The notes below the pieces were generated by a model, which did not search any database, was not told the DNA's origin, and saw nothing but the letters and a program-made list of their open reading frames with translations. Of a stretch of 56,502 bases of DNA, positions 8,977 through 16,681 are shown in pieces. The DNA is from an uncultured Bacillota bacterium. Lineage in GTDB: Bacteria > Bacillota_I > Bacilli_A > RF39 > UBA660. Positions within the stretch are counted from its first letter, which is position 1, and the number at the start of each line of letters is the position of its first letter. The stretch is from positions 1 through 56,502 of the forward strand of contig CAMNJS010000003.1 in NCBI GenBank assembly GCA_946541645.1, read 5' to 3'. A program made the position numbers and the translations under genes.

Positions 8977-10434
8977 TTATCTTTTTTCAATTTCTTTTAT
9001 CATAGTACTTCTTGCAATAGTTGGATTAGCTTGTCCCCTAGTTTTTTTCATAATCTGACCAGTAAGCCAGTCGATAACATTATTTCTACCATTTTTATAT
9101 TTTAAAATCACATCAGGGTTTTCATCAAGTACTTCATTAGCAATCTTAATAATTTCCCCTTCATCACTCATTTGTTTCATACCTTTTTCTTTAACAACTT
9201 CTTGTGGAGTTTTACCACTAGTTAAAATATCTTCAAATACTTCTTTAGCTTGTTTAGAAGAAATTTCCTTAGAATTTACTAAATCAATTAAATCCTTAAG
9301 CATTTTAGGAGTAAGTGTTATTTCATCAAATTCAAGCTCAAGCTTATTTAAATTACCAAGTAAATTAGTAGTAACCCAGTTAGAAGCAAGTTTAGGATCA
9401 GCATGTAAATTAATGCATTCATCATAAAAATCTGAAACCTTTTTATCTTTAATTATAATAGTTGCATCATAATCAGTAATTCCATACTCGTTAATATATT
9501 TTTCTTTTCTTTCATAAGGAAGAGTTGGAATAGACTTTTTAATTTCTAAAAGCCACTCTTTTGGAATTTTAAATTTCGGAATATTAGGCTCTACAAAATA
9601 TTTATAATCAATTGCGTCTACTTTTTCACGCATACTTATTGTAGATGAAGACTCCTCATCCCATCTTCTAGTTTCCTGAACTATTTCATCACCCTTACCA
9701 GCATCTAAAAGTTCAGTTTGCCTTTTTATTTCATAATTAATTGCATCTCTAACGCCTCCAAATGAGTTTACATTTTTCATCTCAACCTTAGTTCCCCAAT
9801 TTTTAGGATCACTATCATCTAAAGATGCATCCATTAAAGATACATTAACATCACATCTAACCTGTCCTTTTTTACTATCAGCCTCACTAATACCAGTATA
9901 TTGATAAATACTTCTTATAGCTTCTAAAAAAGCAACAGCCTCATCCGCACTTCTAAAATCAGGCTCAGTAACAAGTTCAAGTAAAGGAACGCCAGCTCTA
10001 TTATAATTAATCCTCGTTCCAGATGGATAATGATCAGAACTAGCAGCATCTTCTTCTAAATGTAAATTATTAATTCTAATCTTTTTCTTTTCACCATTAA
10101 GCTCATAAGTAAACTCTCCAAAACTACCAATAGGAGCTGGTTTAGTTTCCTGCGTAATTTGAAATCCTTTAGGAAGATCTGGATAATAATAATTCTTTCT
10201 TTCAAAATATAAATATTCTGGCTGTGTGCATCCTAAAATCATACTCATCATAAGCCCCATACGAACAGCTTCTTTATTAACTGTAGGAAGAGTACCAGGA
10301 AAAGCCATATCAACTGGCCTTATACTAGCATTAGGATATTCACTATAATCATTTTTAGCAGATGAAAAGGCTTTAGTTTTAGTTTCACTAATCTCACAGT
10401 GCATCTCAAGGCCAATCATAACTTTATATTTCAT
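8977..10434 (-). CDS. gatB: Asp/Glu-tRNA amidotransferase subunit B
   Basis: IGLEMH, RKNYYYPDLPKGFQITQ, HLEEDA, NRAGVPLLELVTEPD, RCDVNVS, YFVEP. Confidence 0.96.
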   Translation of the reverse strand: MKYKVMIGLEMHCEISETKTKAFSSAKNDYSEYPNASIRPVDMAFPGTLPTVNKEAVRMGLMMSMILGCTQPEYLYFERKNYYYPDLPKGFQITQETKPAPIGSFGEFTYELNGEKKKIRINNLHLEEDAASSDHYPSGTRINYNRAGVPLLELVTEPDFRSADEAVAFLEAIRSIYQYTGISEADSKKGQVRCDVNVSLMDASLDDSDPKNWGTKVEMKNVNSFGGVRDAINYEIKRQTELLDAGKGDEIVQETRRWDEESSSTISMREKVDAIDYKYFVEPNIPKFKIPKEWLLEIKKSIPTLPYERKEKYINEYGITDYDATIIIKDKKVSDFYDECINLHADPKLASNWVTTNLLGNLNKLELEFDEITLTPKMLKDLIDLVNSKEISSKQAKEVFEDILTSGKTPQEVVKEKGMKQMSDEGEIIKIANEVLDENPDVILKYKNGRNNVIDWLTGQIMKKTRGQANPTIARSTMIKEIEKR

Positions 10435-11891
10435 TATTTAGCCCCCTTTGCTACTTGTCCTTTATAGTTCATAACACTTTCAAGCGCATAAGCAATATTA
10501 AGAACATTTACATCGTCATAACATTTGCCAGTAATATTAACCCCAACTGGTAAATCATTTATAAATCCATTAGGAATGGTAATTGAAGGAAAACCTCCAA
10601 AATTACCAATCTGTAAATGTTCTTCTAAAATAGCCGTATTTTGATCAAGAATATCCTTAGAACCTTCAAGTTTTTTAGCAGGCCCAGTTCCAACAGGAAG
10701 AATAACTGCATCATATTTTTCATATAATTTGTTCCACGTATCAACAAGTAGTCTTCTAACTCTTTGAGCATTATGGAAATACCTATCTTTGTTTTGAGCT
10801 TGTAATACATATGAACCAATTACAAACCTTCTTTTAATTAAAGGTGAAAAACCTTTAGTCCTATAATTTTTAAGTGATTCATCCCACTTTTCGCCTTCAG
10901 CTCTAGGTCCAAAAATAAATCCAGTTAAATTAGACATATTACTTGTCGCTTCCGCACAAGAAATGACAACATATACTGATGGAAGAGCATTTAAAAGTTT
11001 TTGACTAACACTCTCTTCGGTAACCTCCATGCCAAGCTTCCTGCACTTTTCTATAGTATCCATAAAATTAGCTAAATGCATTTTTAACTCTTCATCAGCA
11101 TTAGGATAATTATTAATATCACATATTTCTTTTATATAACATAGTTTCTTTCCGCCTACATTACCATCAATAGACGAATATAAATTAATATCAGATGAAT
11201 CCCAGCTCGTCATATCATATTTATCTATGCCCTTCATACCATCGACAACTATAGCTGCATCTTTAACACTTCTAGTAAGCGCACCGCAGTGATCAAGCGA
11301 TGACGCAAAAGGAAATAAACCATATCTAGAAATCATTCCATAAGTAGGCTTATAACCTACAATACCACAGTAAGCTGCCGGCTTTCTAATAGAGTCACCT
11401 GTATCAGACCCAGTCGCATAAGGATAAACACCAGAAGCAACTGCCGCTGCAGAACCAGCAGAAGAACCAGCACACATTCTAGTATGATCCCAAGGATTAG
11501 TTACTATCCCAGTATGACAAGTTGTCCCAGTTCCACCCATACCAAACTCATCTAAAGCCGTTTTATTAACAGCGACAGCTCCTTTTTTAGTTAAATTTTC
11601 AATAGCTGTTGCTGTAAAAAATGGAACATAATCTTTTAAAGTATTAGATGATCCCGTAGATAAAATGCCTTTAGTACTATAATTATCTTTAATACCATAA
11701 GGTATGCCAGATAAAAATTCATCAGTAACTGGTGTCTCTTTAGCATCATCTATAATAGTTACAAAGGCATTACACTTATCCTGCACTTCATGTGATTTTT
11801 CTAAAGCTTCTTTTATAAGCTCACTACTTGTAACTTTTCCTTTAACTAAAGCTTCGTGAATTTCCTCAATACTCTTATCCATGTATGCCAT
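10434..11891 (-). CDS. gatA: Asp/Glu-tRNA amidotransferase subunit A
   Basis: Amidase signature GIKDN, GSSAGSAAAV, GSDTGDSIRKPA, YKPTYG; start set at MAYMDK immediately after the gatC stop. Confidence 0.95.
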   Translation of the reverse strand: MAYMDKSIEEIHEALVKGKVTSSELIKEALEKSHEVQDKCNAFVTIIDDAKETPVTDEFLSGIPYGIKDNYSTKGILSTGSSNTLKDYVPFFTATAIENLTKKGAVAVNKTALDEFGMGGTGTTCHTGIVTNPWDHTRMCAGSSAGSAAAVASGVYPYATGSDTGDSIRKPAAYCGIVGYKPTYGMISRYGLFPFASSLDHCGALTRSVKDAAIVVDGMKGIDKYDMTSWDSSDINLYSSIDGNVGGKKLCYIKEICDINNYPNADEELKMHLANFMDTIEKCRKLGMEVTEESVSQKLLNALPSVYVVISCAEATSNMSNLTGFIFGPRAEGEKWDESLKNYRTKGFSPLIKRRFVIGSYVLQAQNKDRYFHNAQRVRRLLVDTWNKLYEKYDAVILPVGTGPAKKLEGSKDILDQNTAILEEHLQIGNFGGFPSITIPNGFINDLPVGVNITGKCYDDVNVLNIAYALESVMNYKGQVAKGAK

Positions 11892-11892
11892 T

Positions 11893-12189
11893 TTAGCCCA
11901 CCACCCTTGGTACTTCAATTTCATCGCCAGCTACTCTATCACAATTAGCTAAAAGTTCCTCAACTTTAATAGATTCTTCTGGCTCATCTTCTCTAAGCTC
12001 ATACTCAAAATCATCTAAAGTATGAGTCATTGGAATAACTTTTTCAATATCAGGAATTTCATTGATAATATCTATATTTCTATCAATTATTTCAAATTCA
12101 TCCAAAACCATTTGATTTTCTTCATCAGTTAAACCAATTAATAATTTATCAGCGTAATCATCAACCATTTCTTTAGTAAATTTTTCCAT
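11893..12189 (-). CDS. gatC: Asp/Glu-tRNA amidotransferase subunit C
   Basis: 98 aa with LRED...LLAN....VPRV; directly upstream of gatA; GGAGGT RBS. Confidence 0.9.
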   Translation of the reverse strand: MEKFTKEMVDDYADKLLIGLTDEENQMVLDEFEIIDRNIDIINEIPDIEKVIPMTHTLDDFEYELREDEPEESIKVEELLANCDRVAGDEIEVPRVVG

Positions 12190-12223
12190 TATATTACCTC
12201 CATTTTTATATATAAAAAAAAGA

Positions 12224-12299
12224 TGGCGCCCAATGTAGGACTCGAACCTACGACCTAACGGTTAACAGCCGTGCGCTCTACCGACTGAGCTAATTGGGC
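12224..12299 (-). tRNA. tRNA-Asn(GTT), variant A (acceptor GCCCAAT/ATTGGGC)
   Basis: 76-nt cloverleaf, anticodon loop CTGTTAA, G73, encoded CCA. Confidence 0.95.
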
Positions 12300-12307
12300 A
12301 AAATAAG

Positions 12308-12383
12308 TGGCGCCTGATGTAGGGCTCGAACCTACGACCTAACGGTTAACAGCCGTGCGCTCTACCGACTGAGCTAATCAGGC
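12308..12383 (-). tRNA. tRNA-Asn(GTT), variant B (acceptor GCCTGAT/ATCAGGC)
   Basis: 76-nt cloverleaf, anticodon loop CTGTTAA, G73, encoded CCA. Confidence 0.95.
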
Positions 12384-12393
12384 AAAAATAAAG

Positions 12394-12469
12394 TGGCGCC
12401 CAATGTAGGACTCGAACCTACGACCTAACGGTTAACAGCCGTGCGCTCTACCGACTGAGCTAATTGGGC
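12394..12469 (-). tRNA. tRNA-Asn(GTT), variant A
   Basis: Identical to 12224-12299. Confidence 0.93.
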
Positions 12470-12477
12470 AAAATAAG

Positions 12478-12553
12478 TGGCGCCTGATGTAGGGCTCGAA
12501 CCTACGACCTAACGGTTAACAGCCGTGCGCTCTACCGACTGAGCTAATCAGGC
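12478..12553 (-). tRNA. tRNA-Asn(GTT), variant B
   Basis: Identical to 12308-12383. Confidence 0.93.
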
Positions 12554-12560
12554 ATTTAAA

Positions 12561-12815
12561 CAAAAAACAGTTACCATCCCTAAGGACGAATAACTGTAAT
12601 TCGCGGTACCACCTTATTTATCACATCAAGTGATCACTCTATAGTTCCATCTTTAAAGAAACTTATAATATGGTAACGGATTACAGCCGACTTACTTTAC
12701 TAAATTTCAAATAAGTAACTCCGTGGTGTTATTCATATAACTCTTACTACTAGTTCCCACCATCCTAGCTCTCTATAAGTAGTATTTTATATTACTTCTC
12801 CACTTCATAGTCTAT
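12561..12815 (-). ncRNA. T-box riboswitch, Asn-specific (specifier AAC), with antiterminator and terminator
   Basis: Minus strand: GA motif/AGTA, AGAGA, GGTGGGA apical loop, GAAT-AAC-A-CCAC specifier loop (AAC at 12730-12728), stem II, CCGTTA, T-box AAGGTGGTACCGCG (12615-12602) pairing with CGTCCTT, terminator ACAGTTA...TAACTGT followed by a T tract. Confidence 0.93.
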
Positions 12816-12837
12816 ATAAGATAATAATTAACAAAAT

Positions 12838-12913
12838 TGGTGACCTGTACGGGATTTGAACCCATGAATGCGTGCGTGAAAGGCACGTGTGTTAACCGCT
12901 TCACCAACAGGCC
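12838..12913 (-). tRNA. tRNA-Glu(TTC)
   Basis: GGCCTGT...ACAGGTC-ACCA; anticodon arm CGTGC-CTTTCAC-GCACG. Confidence 0.95.
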
Positions 12914-12922
12914 AAAAACAAA

Positions 12923-12999
<77 letters not shown>

Positions 13000-13019
13000 A
13001 AATGACATTTGACTTTTTA

Positions 13020-13048
13020 AGTATACCCTATTTTATGAATTTTGACAA
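13020..13048 (-). promoter_or_regulatory. sigA promoter of the tRNA-Ile/Glu/T-box operon
   Basis: TTGTCA-17 nt-TATACT with A/T-rich upstream sequence. Confidence 0.75.
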
Positions 13049-13171
13049 GCATTTTTTACAAAAAAAATAAATTTAACATTCTTTTTATATATTATAGTCA
13101 CTTTTTATAATAAATATTTGCAATTTACTATTCCTTTTTTTCCATTTTCGTGATATACTTTATAAGTAGTT

Positions 13172-13247
13172 GACTCCTTAGCTCAGTTGGTAGAGCAACT
13201 GACTCTTAATCAGTGGGTCTAGGGTTCGAATCCCTAAGGGGTCACCA
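13172..13247 (+). tRNA. tRNA-Lys(CTT)
   Basis: GACTCCT...AGGGGTC-ACCA; anticodon arm ACTGA-CTCTTAA-TCAGT; extended -10 TGaTATACT upstream. Confidence 0.95.
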
Positions 13248-13257
13248 GTATACAAAT

Positions 13258-13283
13258 AACGACTTGTAAAATAGTCGTTTTTA
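13258..13283 (+). terminator. Terminator after tRNA-Lys
   Basis: AACGACT/AGTCGTT stem followed by T tract. Confidence 0.6.
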
Positions 13284-13478
13284 TATTATTCATATATAAA
13301 CGAAAGAAACTTCGTAAAATATTAAAGAAACACTTAATATGCGATGTGGAGTGTTACCCATTTTTGGTATACCTAATTCATTGCTGAGTTAGGTGCTTCT
13401 TTTATTTTAGTATTACAAAAAGTAATACTATAAGTAAAAGAAAAAAACTTATTACGAAATCATAATAAGCTTTTCTTT

Positions 13479-13614
13479 TTACATAAGTTCAAATTCTATA
13501 CCAATAAATTCATAATCCTTAACATTATCTTTTCCAAATATATCATTAAATTTTATTACCGCTTTTCATAGCTTCATAAACATCATCATATATTATATAC
13601 TTAAAATTTTTCAT
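13479..13614 (-). pseudogene. Internally deleted ASCH/PUA-domain gene remnant
   Basis: GGAG RBS, then MKNFKYIIYDDVYEAMKSGNKI* (ASCH-like N-terminus) joined out of frame to FNDIFGKDNVKDYEFIGIEFELM* (ASCH-like C-terminus). Confidence 0.5.
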
Positions 13615-13648
13615 ACATACTCCAAATAAAAAGCTAACAAAAGTTAGC

Positions 13649-13921
13649 TTACCTAGTTACACTAATTCCACTTTGGTTAGTCTTCACTATTTTTTGATAA
13701 AAATCACGTTCTAAAGCTTTAAATTTTTCAGTATCATAACTAACATTATATTCTTCCAAATCAGGAAGTAATTTTTCGCCAAATATATAATTATATTCCT
13801 CGACACTAGGATACATTTGACTAACCATATACTGCATCTCCGGTAGTAAAGAGCTATGCCCTTCAGCACCTTGTTTCTTAACGTAATTTTCGTTTGCTTT
13901 ATCTAAGAGTTCCATCGCCAT
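13649..13921 (-). CDS. Hypothetical protein (about 90 aa)
   Basis: ATG 1 nt after the upstream gene's stop; preceded by GGAGG; followed by an AGCTAAC/GTTAGCT hairpin. Confidence 0.6.
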   Translation of the reverse strand: MAMELLDKANENYVKKQGAEGHSSLLPEMQYMVSQMYPSVEEYNYIFGEKLLPDLEEYNVSYDTEKFKALERDFYQKIVKTNQSGISVTR

Positions 13922-13922
13922 A

Positions 13923-14456
13923 CTACTTTGCCTCCGCTTCAATCATCGCTTTTAATACTTTTTCAGAATCATTTCCAAAATAAGCCTCATACAAAACATC
14001 TTCTCCAATTGCCTTACTAATTAAATTAACTATAACCATTTCATCAGTAAAGAAATTGTTTTCCACATCACCTACTAAATTATTAGTAAGTATTTCTGTA
14101 TAACCTTCATTCAAAGCAACTAGCGTCCCCTCTGAATTATTAAAACCATAATAATTATCTTTAGCAGTAATTATCCCAAGAAGTGCATGCATAAGCCAAT
14201 GCTTAGCATCACATTCTTCAAATCTAGGAGCATTAATAACAATCTCATTATTAAATGGTTTGTATTCACATGGAAGCTTAGCCAAATACATACTTTCCCT
14301 TTTTATTTTTAAGGTTTTAAGTCTATCCTTCAAAGTCTCTAAACTAACGTCCTTAAACGTACCATTAAAAATCATTATTAATTCCAAAAGGTTTTCTTTA
14401 ACACCATCCGTAATACTTTGATTACCGTCAAGTATGACTTTGATTTCTTCAAGCAT
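13923..14456 (-). CDS. Hypothetical protein, degenerate gluzincin-like metallopeptidase fold
   Basis: HWLMHALLG followed by ALNEGYTE; AGGTGA RBS and TGcTATAAT promoter. Confidence 0.65.
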   Translation of the reverse strand: MLEEIKVILDGNQSITDGVKENLLELIMIFNGTFKDVSLETLKDRLKTLKIKRESMYLAKLPCEYKPFNNEIVINAPRFEECDAKHWLMHALLGIITAKDNYYGFNNSEGTLVALNEGYTEILTNNLVGDVENNFFTDEMVIVNLISKAIGEDVLYEAYFGNDSEKVLKAMIEAEAK

Positions 14457-14584
14457 AATCTTAATCACCTAAAAAGATTATAGCACAACAACTACCTTTT
14501 GTATACGATTTTATCGATTTTTTTTGACATTTATTAGACACTTTCGTTTACTATATATTTACTTTACCCTTAAAAATCAAAGCT

Positions 14585-14609
14585 TTTTCCACAACACAAA
14601 TGTGGAAAA
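14585..14609. promoter_or_regulatory. Inverted pair of DnaA-box-consensus 9-mers (or other palindromic operator)
   Basis: TTTTCCACA-7 nt-TGTGGAAAA; both fit TTWTNCACA; lies in a divergent intergenic region. Confidence 0.4.
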
Positions 14610-14733
14610 ATAATTTCGTTTTTTAAAGAATAATTTTTTGAAAACATTCATACCAATAACTTTTTTAAACAATAAATTCCTTATTTAATTTACTTATAAC
14701 CATATATTTGATAAAATATTATTGGTGATTTAA

Positions 14734-15951
14734 ATGAAAAAATTTTTGCCAGTAATACTAGGCACCGATGCCAACGCATATGGACTTGCAAGATCATTCC
14801 ACGAAAAATACGGTATTAAATCATTAGCAGTCGGCAAAGCCCAACTAATTGAAACCAAAAATAGTAAAATTATTGACGTCATTATTTGCAAAAATCTCTC
14901 AGAAGAAAATACTTTTAAAGAAGTAATGACTAATATTGGAAAAGAATATAAAAACAAATACAAAAAATTAATACTATTATCGTGTGCCGAATGGTACACA
15001 AATCTAATTGTCAATAATAAAGATTTACTAGAAAAATATTTTATTGTACCTTTTTCAAACAAAGAACTTAAAGATAAATTAGAAAACAAAGAATCTTTCT
15101 ATCAAATTTGTGAAAAATATAATTTAGATTATCCCAAAACATACATAGTGACATACAAAAATTATAAAAATATAAATTTACCATTTTCCTTCCCCGTAGC
15201 CGTAAAGCCAGCAAGCAGTACTGAGTATTCTAAAGTAGACTTTAAAGGAAAAGAAAAAAGCTATAAAGCTAAAAATCAAGAAGAGCTAGAAAAAATAATA
15301 ACTAACATATATAGTTCTAATTATCGTTCAAACATTATTGTTCAAGACTTTATTCCAGGAAATGATGATACCATGTGGGTTATGAACTGTTACTCGAATA
15401 AAAACGGAAAAGTTAAAATGATGTGTTTAGGCCACTGCATATTAGAAGAACACACACCTTATGGTATAGGAAATTATAAAGCTCTAATATCAGACGGAAA
15501 CGAAAAACTATACAAACAAATTAAAAAATTTTTAGAAGATATAAAATATGTCGGATATTCAAACTTTGATTTTAAATATGACTATAGAGATAATAAATTT
15601 AAATTATTTGAAATAAACATACGCCAAGGAAGAAGCAGTTTTTTTACAACTGCCGCCGGATGTAATCTTGCAAAATACGTTGTTGAAGACTATATCTTAA
15701 ATGAAGAAAAAGAAACTGTATATAACTATAACAAATATTTATGGTTATATACTCCTAAAAATCTATTAAAAAAATATGTATATAACAAAGATGCATTAAA
15801 TGAAGCATTAAAATTAATTAAAGAAAAAAAATATACGTATACCCTAAAATATTCTAAAGATTTTAGCCTATACAGATGGTTTTGGGCGAACAGAATATAT
15901 ATGAAAGATTATAAACTATTTAAATTATACCCACCAAAGGACAGTGATTAA
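14734..15951 (+). CDS. D-aspartate ligase (Aslfm/YxbA-type ATP-grasp)
   Basis: PVILGTDANAYGLARSFHEKYG, FPVAVKPA, QDFIPGND, LEEHTP, NFDFKYDYRD..FKLFEINIRQGRSSF; next to an Asp racemase. Confidence 0.85.
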   Translation: MKKFLPVILGTDANAYGLARSFHEKYGIKSLAVGKAQLIETKNSKIIDVIICKNLSEENTFKEVMTNIGKEYKNKYKKLILLSCAEWYTNLIVNNKDLLEKYFIVPFSNKELKDKLENKESFYQICEKYNLDYPKTYIVTYKNYKNINLPFSFPVAVKPASSTEYSKVDFKGKEKSYKAKNQEELEKIITNIYSSNYRSNIIVQDFIPGNDDTMWVMNCYSNKNGKVKMMCLGHCILEEHTPYGIGNYKALISDGNEKLYKQIKKFLEDIKYVGYSNFDFKYDYRDNKFKLFEINIRQGRSSFFTTAAGCNLAKYVVEDYILNEEKETVYNYNKYLWLYTPKNLLKKYVYNKDALNEALKLIKEKKYTYTLKYSKDFSLYRWFWANRIYMKDYKLFKLYPPKDSD

Positions 15952-16623
15952 ATGAAATACGATTTAGGAATTGTAGGAGGCTTGGGCCCTCTAGCTAGTA
16001 GTTATTTATATGAAATGATCACAAAAAAAACAAAAGCAAGTAAAGATCAAGATCATTTAAATATTGCTCTTTTAAGTTATGCAAAAACGCCGGACAGAAC
16101 AGCATACATTTTAGATAAAACTAACGAAAGCCCATACCCCTACTTACTCGAAAACTGTAAAATTCTAGAAAAATTAGGCGTTAAAATAATCTCAATACCA
16201 TGTAATACATCATGCTACTTTCATGATAAATTGCAAAAAGAAATAAATGTACCAATAAATAACATTATTAAAAATACCGTTAAACATCTTAAAAATAAAG
16301 GCTATAAAAAAGTGGCTATCTTAGCTACTACCGGAACAATTAAATCTAATCTTTATCAAACTGAACTTATAAAAGAAAATATTGAATATTGTCTTCCTGA
16401 CCAAGACAAAGTAATGAAATTAATTTATGAATATGTTAAAAGTGGTAAAGAAGTAGAACCTAATATGATTGAAAATATTGTCAAAGATACGAGTGCCGAT
16501 GCCTACATTTTAGGATGCACTGAACTTTCTGTATTAAAAGGAAAACTAAAATTAGCTGATAATTTCATAGACCCATTAGAAATTGAAACAGAAAATATCT
16601 TAAGATTTTTAAATAAACTATAG
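15952..16623 (+). CDS. racD: Aspartate racemase
   Basis: LGIVGGLGPLAS, DQDH, PDRT, catalytic IPCNT and LGCTELS motifs. Confidence 0.9.
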   Translation: MKYDLGIVGGLGPLASSYLYEMITKKTKASKDQDHLNIALLSYAKTPDRTAYILDKTNESPYPYLLENCKILEKLGVKIISIPCNTSCYFHDKLQKEINVPINNIIKNTVKHLKNKGYKKVAILATTGTIKSNLYQTELIKENIEYCLPDQDKVMKLIYEYVKSGKEVEPNMIENIVKDTSADAYILGCTELSVLKGKLKLADNFIDPLEIETENILRFLNKL

Positions 16624-16681
16624 AAAGGAATCAATTAACAAGAAATTAAATATTTCTATAAAATTGATTATATGTGATACT

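Larger units (their letters stand above)
12224..12553. repeat. Tandem duplication of a 170-bp two-tRNA unit (A-B-A-B)
   Basis: 12224-12383 is repeated exactly at 12394-12553. Confidence 0.9.

Noticed and set aside
12224-12553. Regularly spaced repeats resembling a CRISPR array
   Set aside because: The repeats are full 76-nt tRNA cloverleaves with 8-10 nt linkers; there are no unique spacers and no cas genes.
12224-12553. Non-proteinogenic tRNA-Asn dedicated to cell-wall synthesis
   Set aside because: The D-loop GG and T-loop TTCGA are intact, the T-stem matches that of tRNA-Ile here, and D-Asp ligase is tRNA-independent.
12725-12736. Two-codon (Glu GAA plus Asn AAC) T-box, given the adjacent tRNA-Glu
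   Set aside because: The GAA belongs to the conserved AGUA/GAA loop-E motif and is separated from AAC by U; the -1 frame codon is UAA, not GAA.
14585-14609. Replication origin
   Set aside because: Only two boxes, no dnaA/dnaN nearby, and the majority gene orientation does not switch durably.
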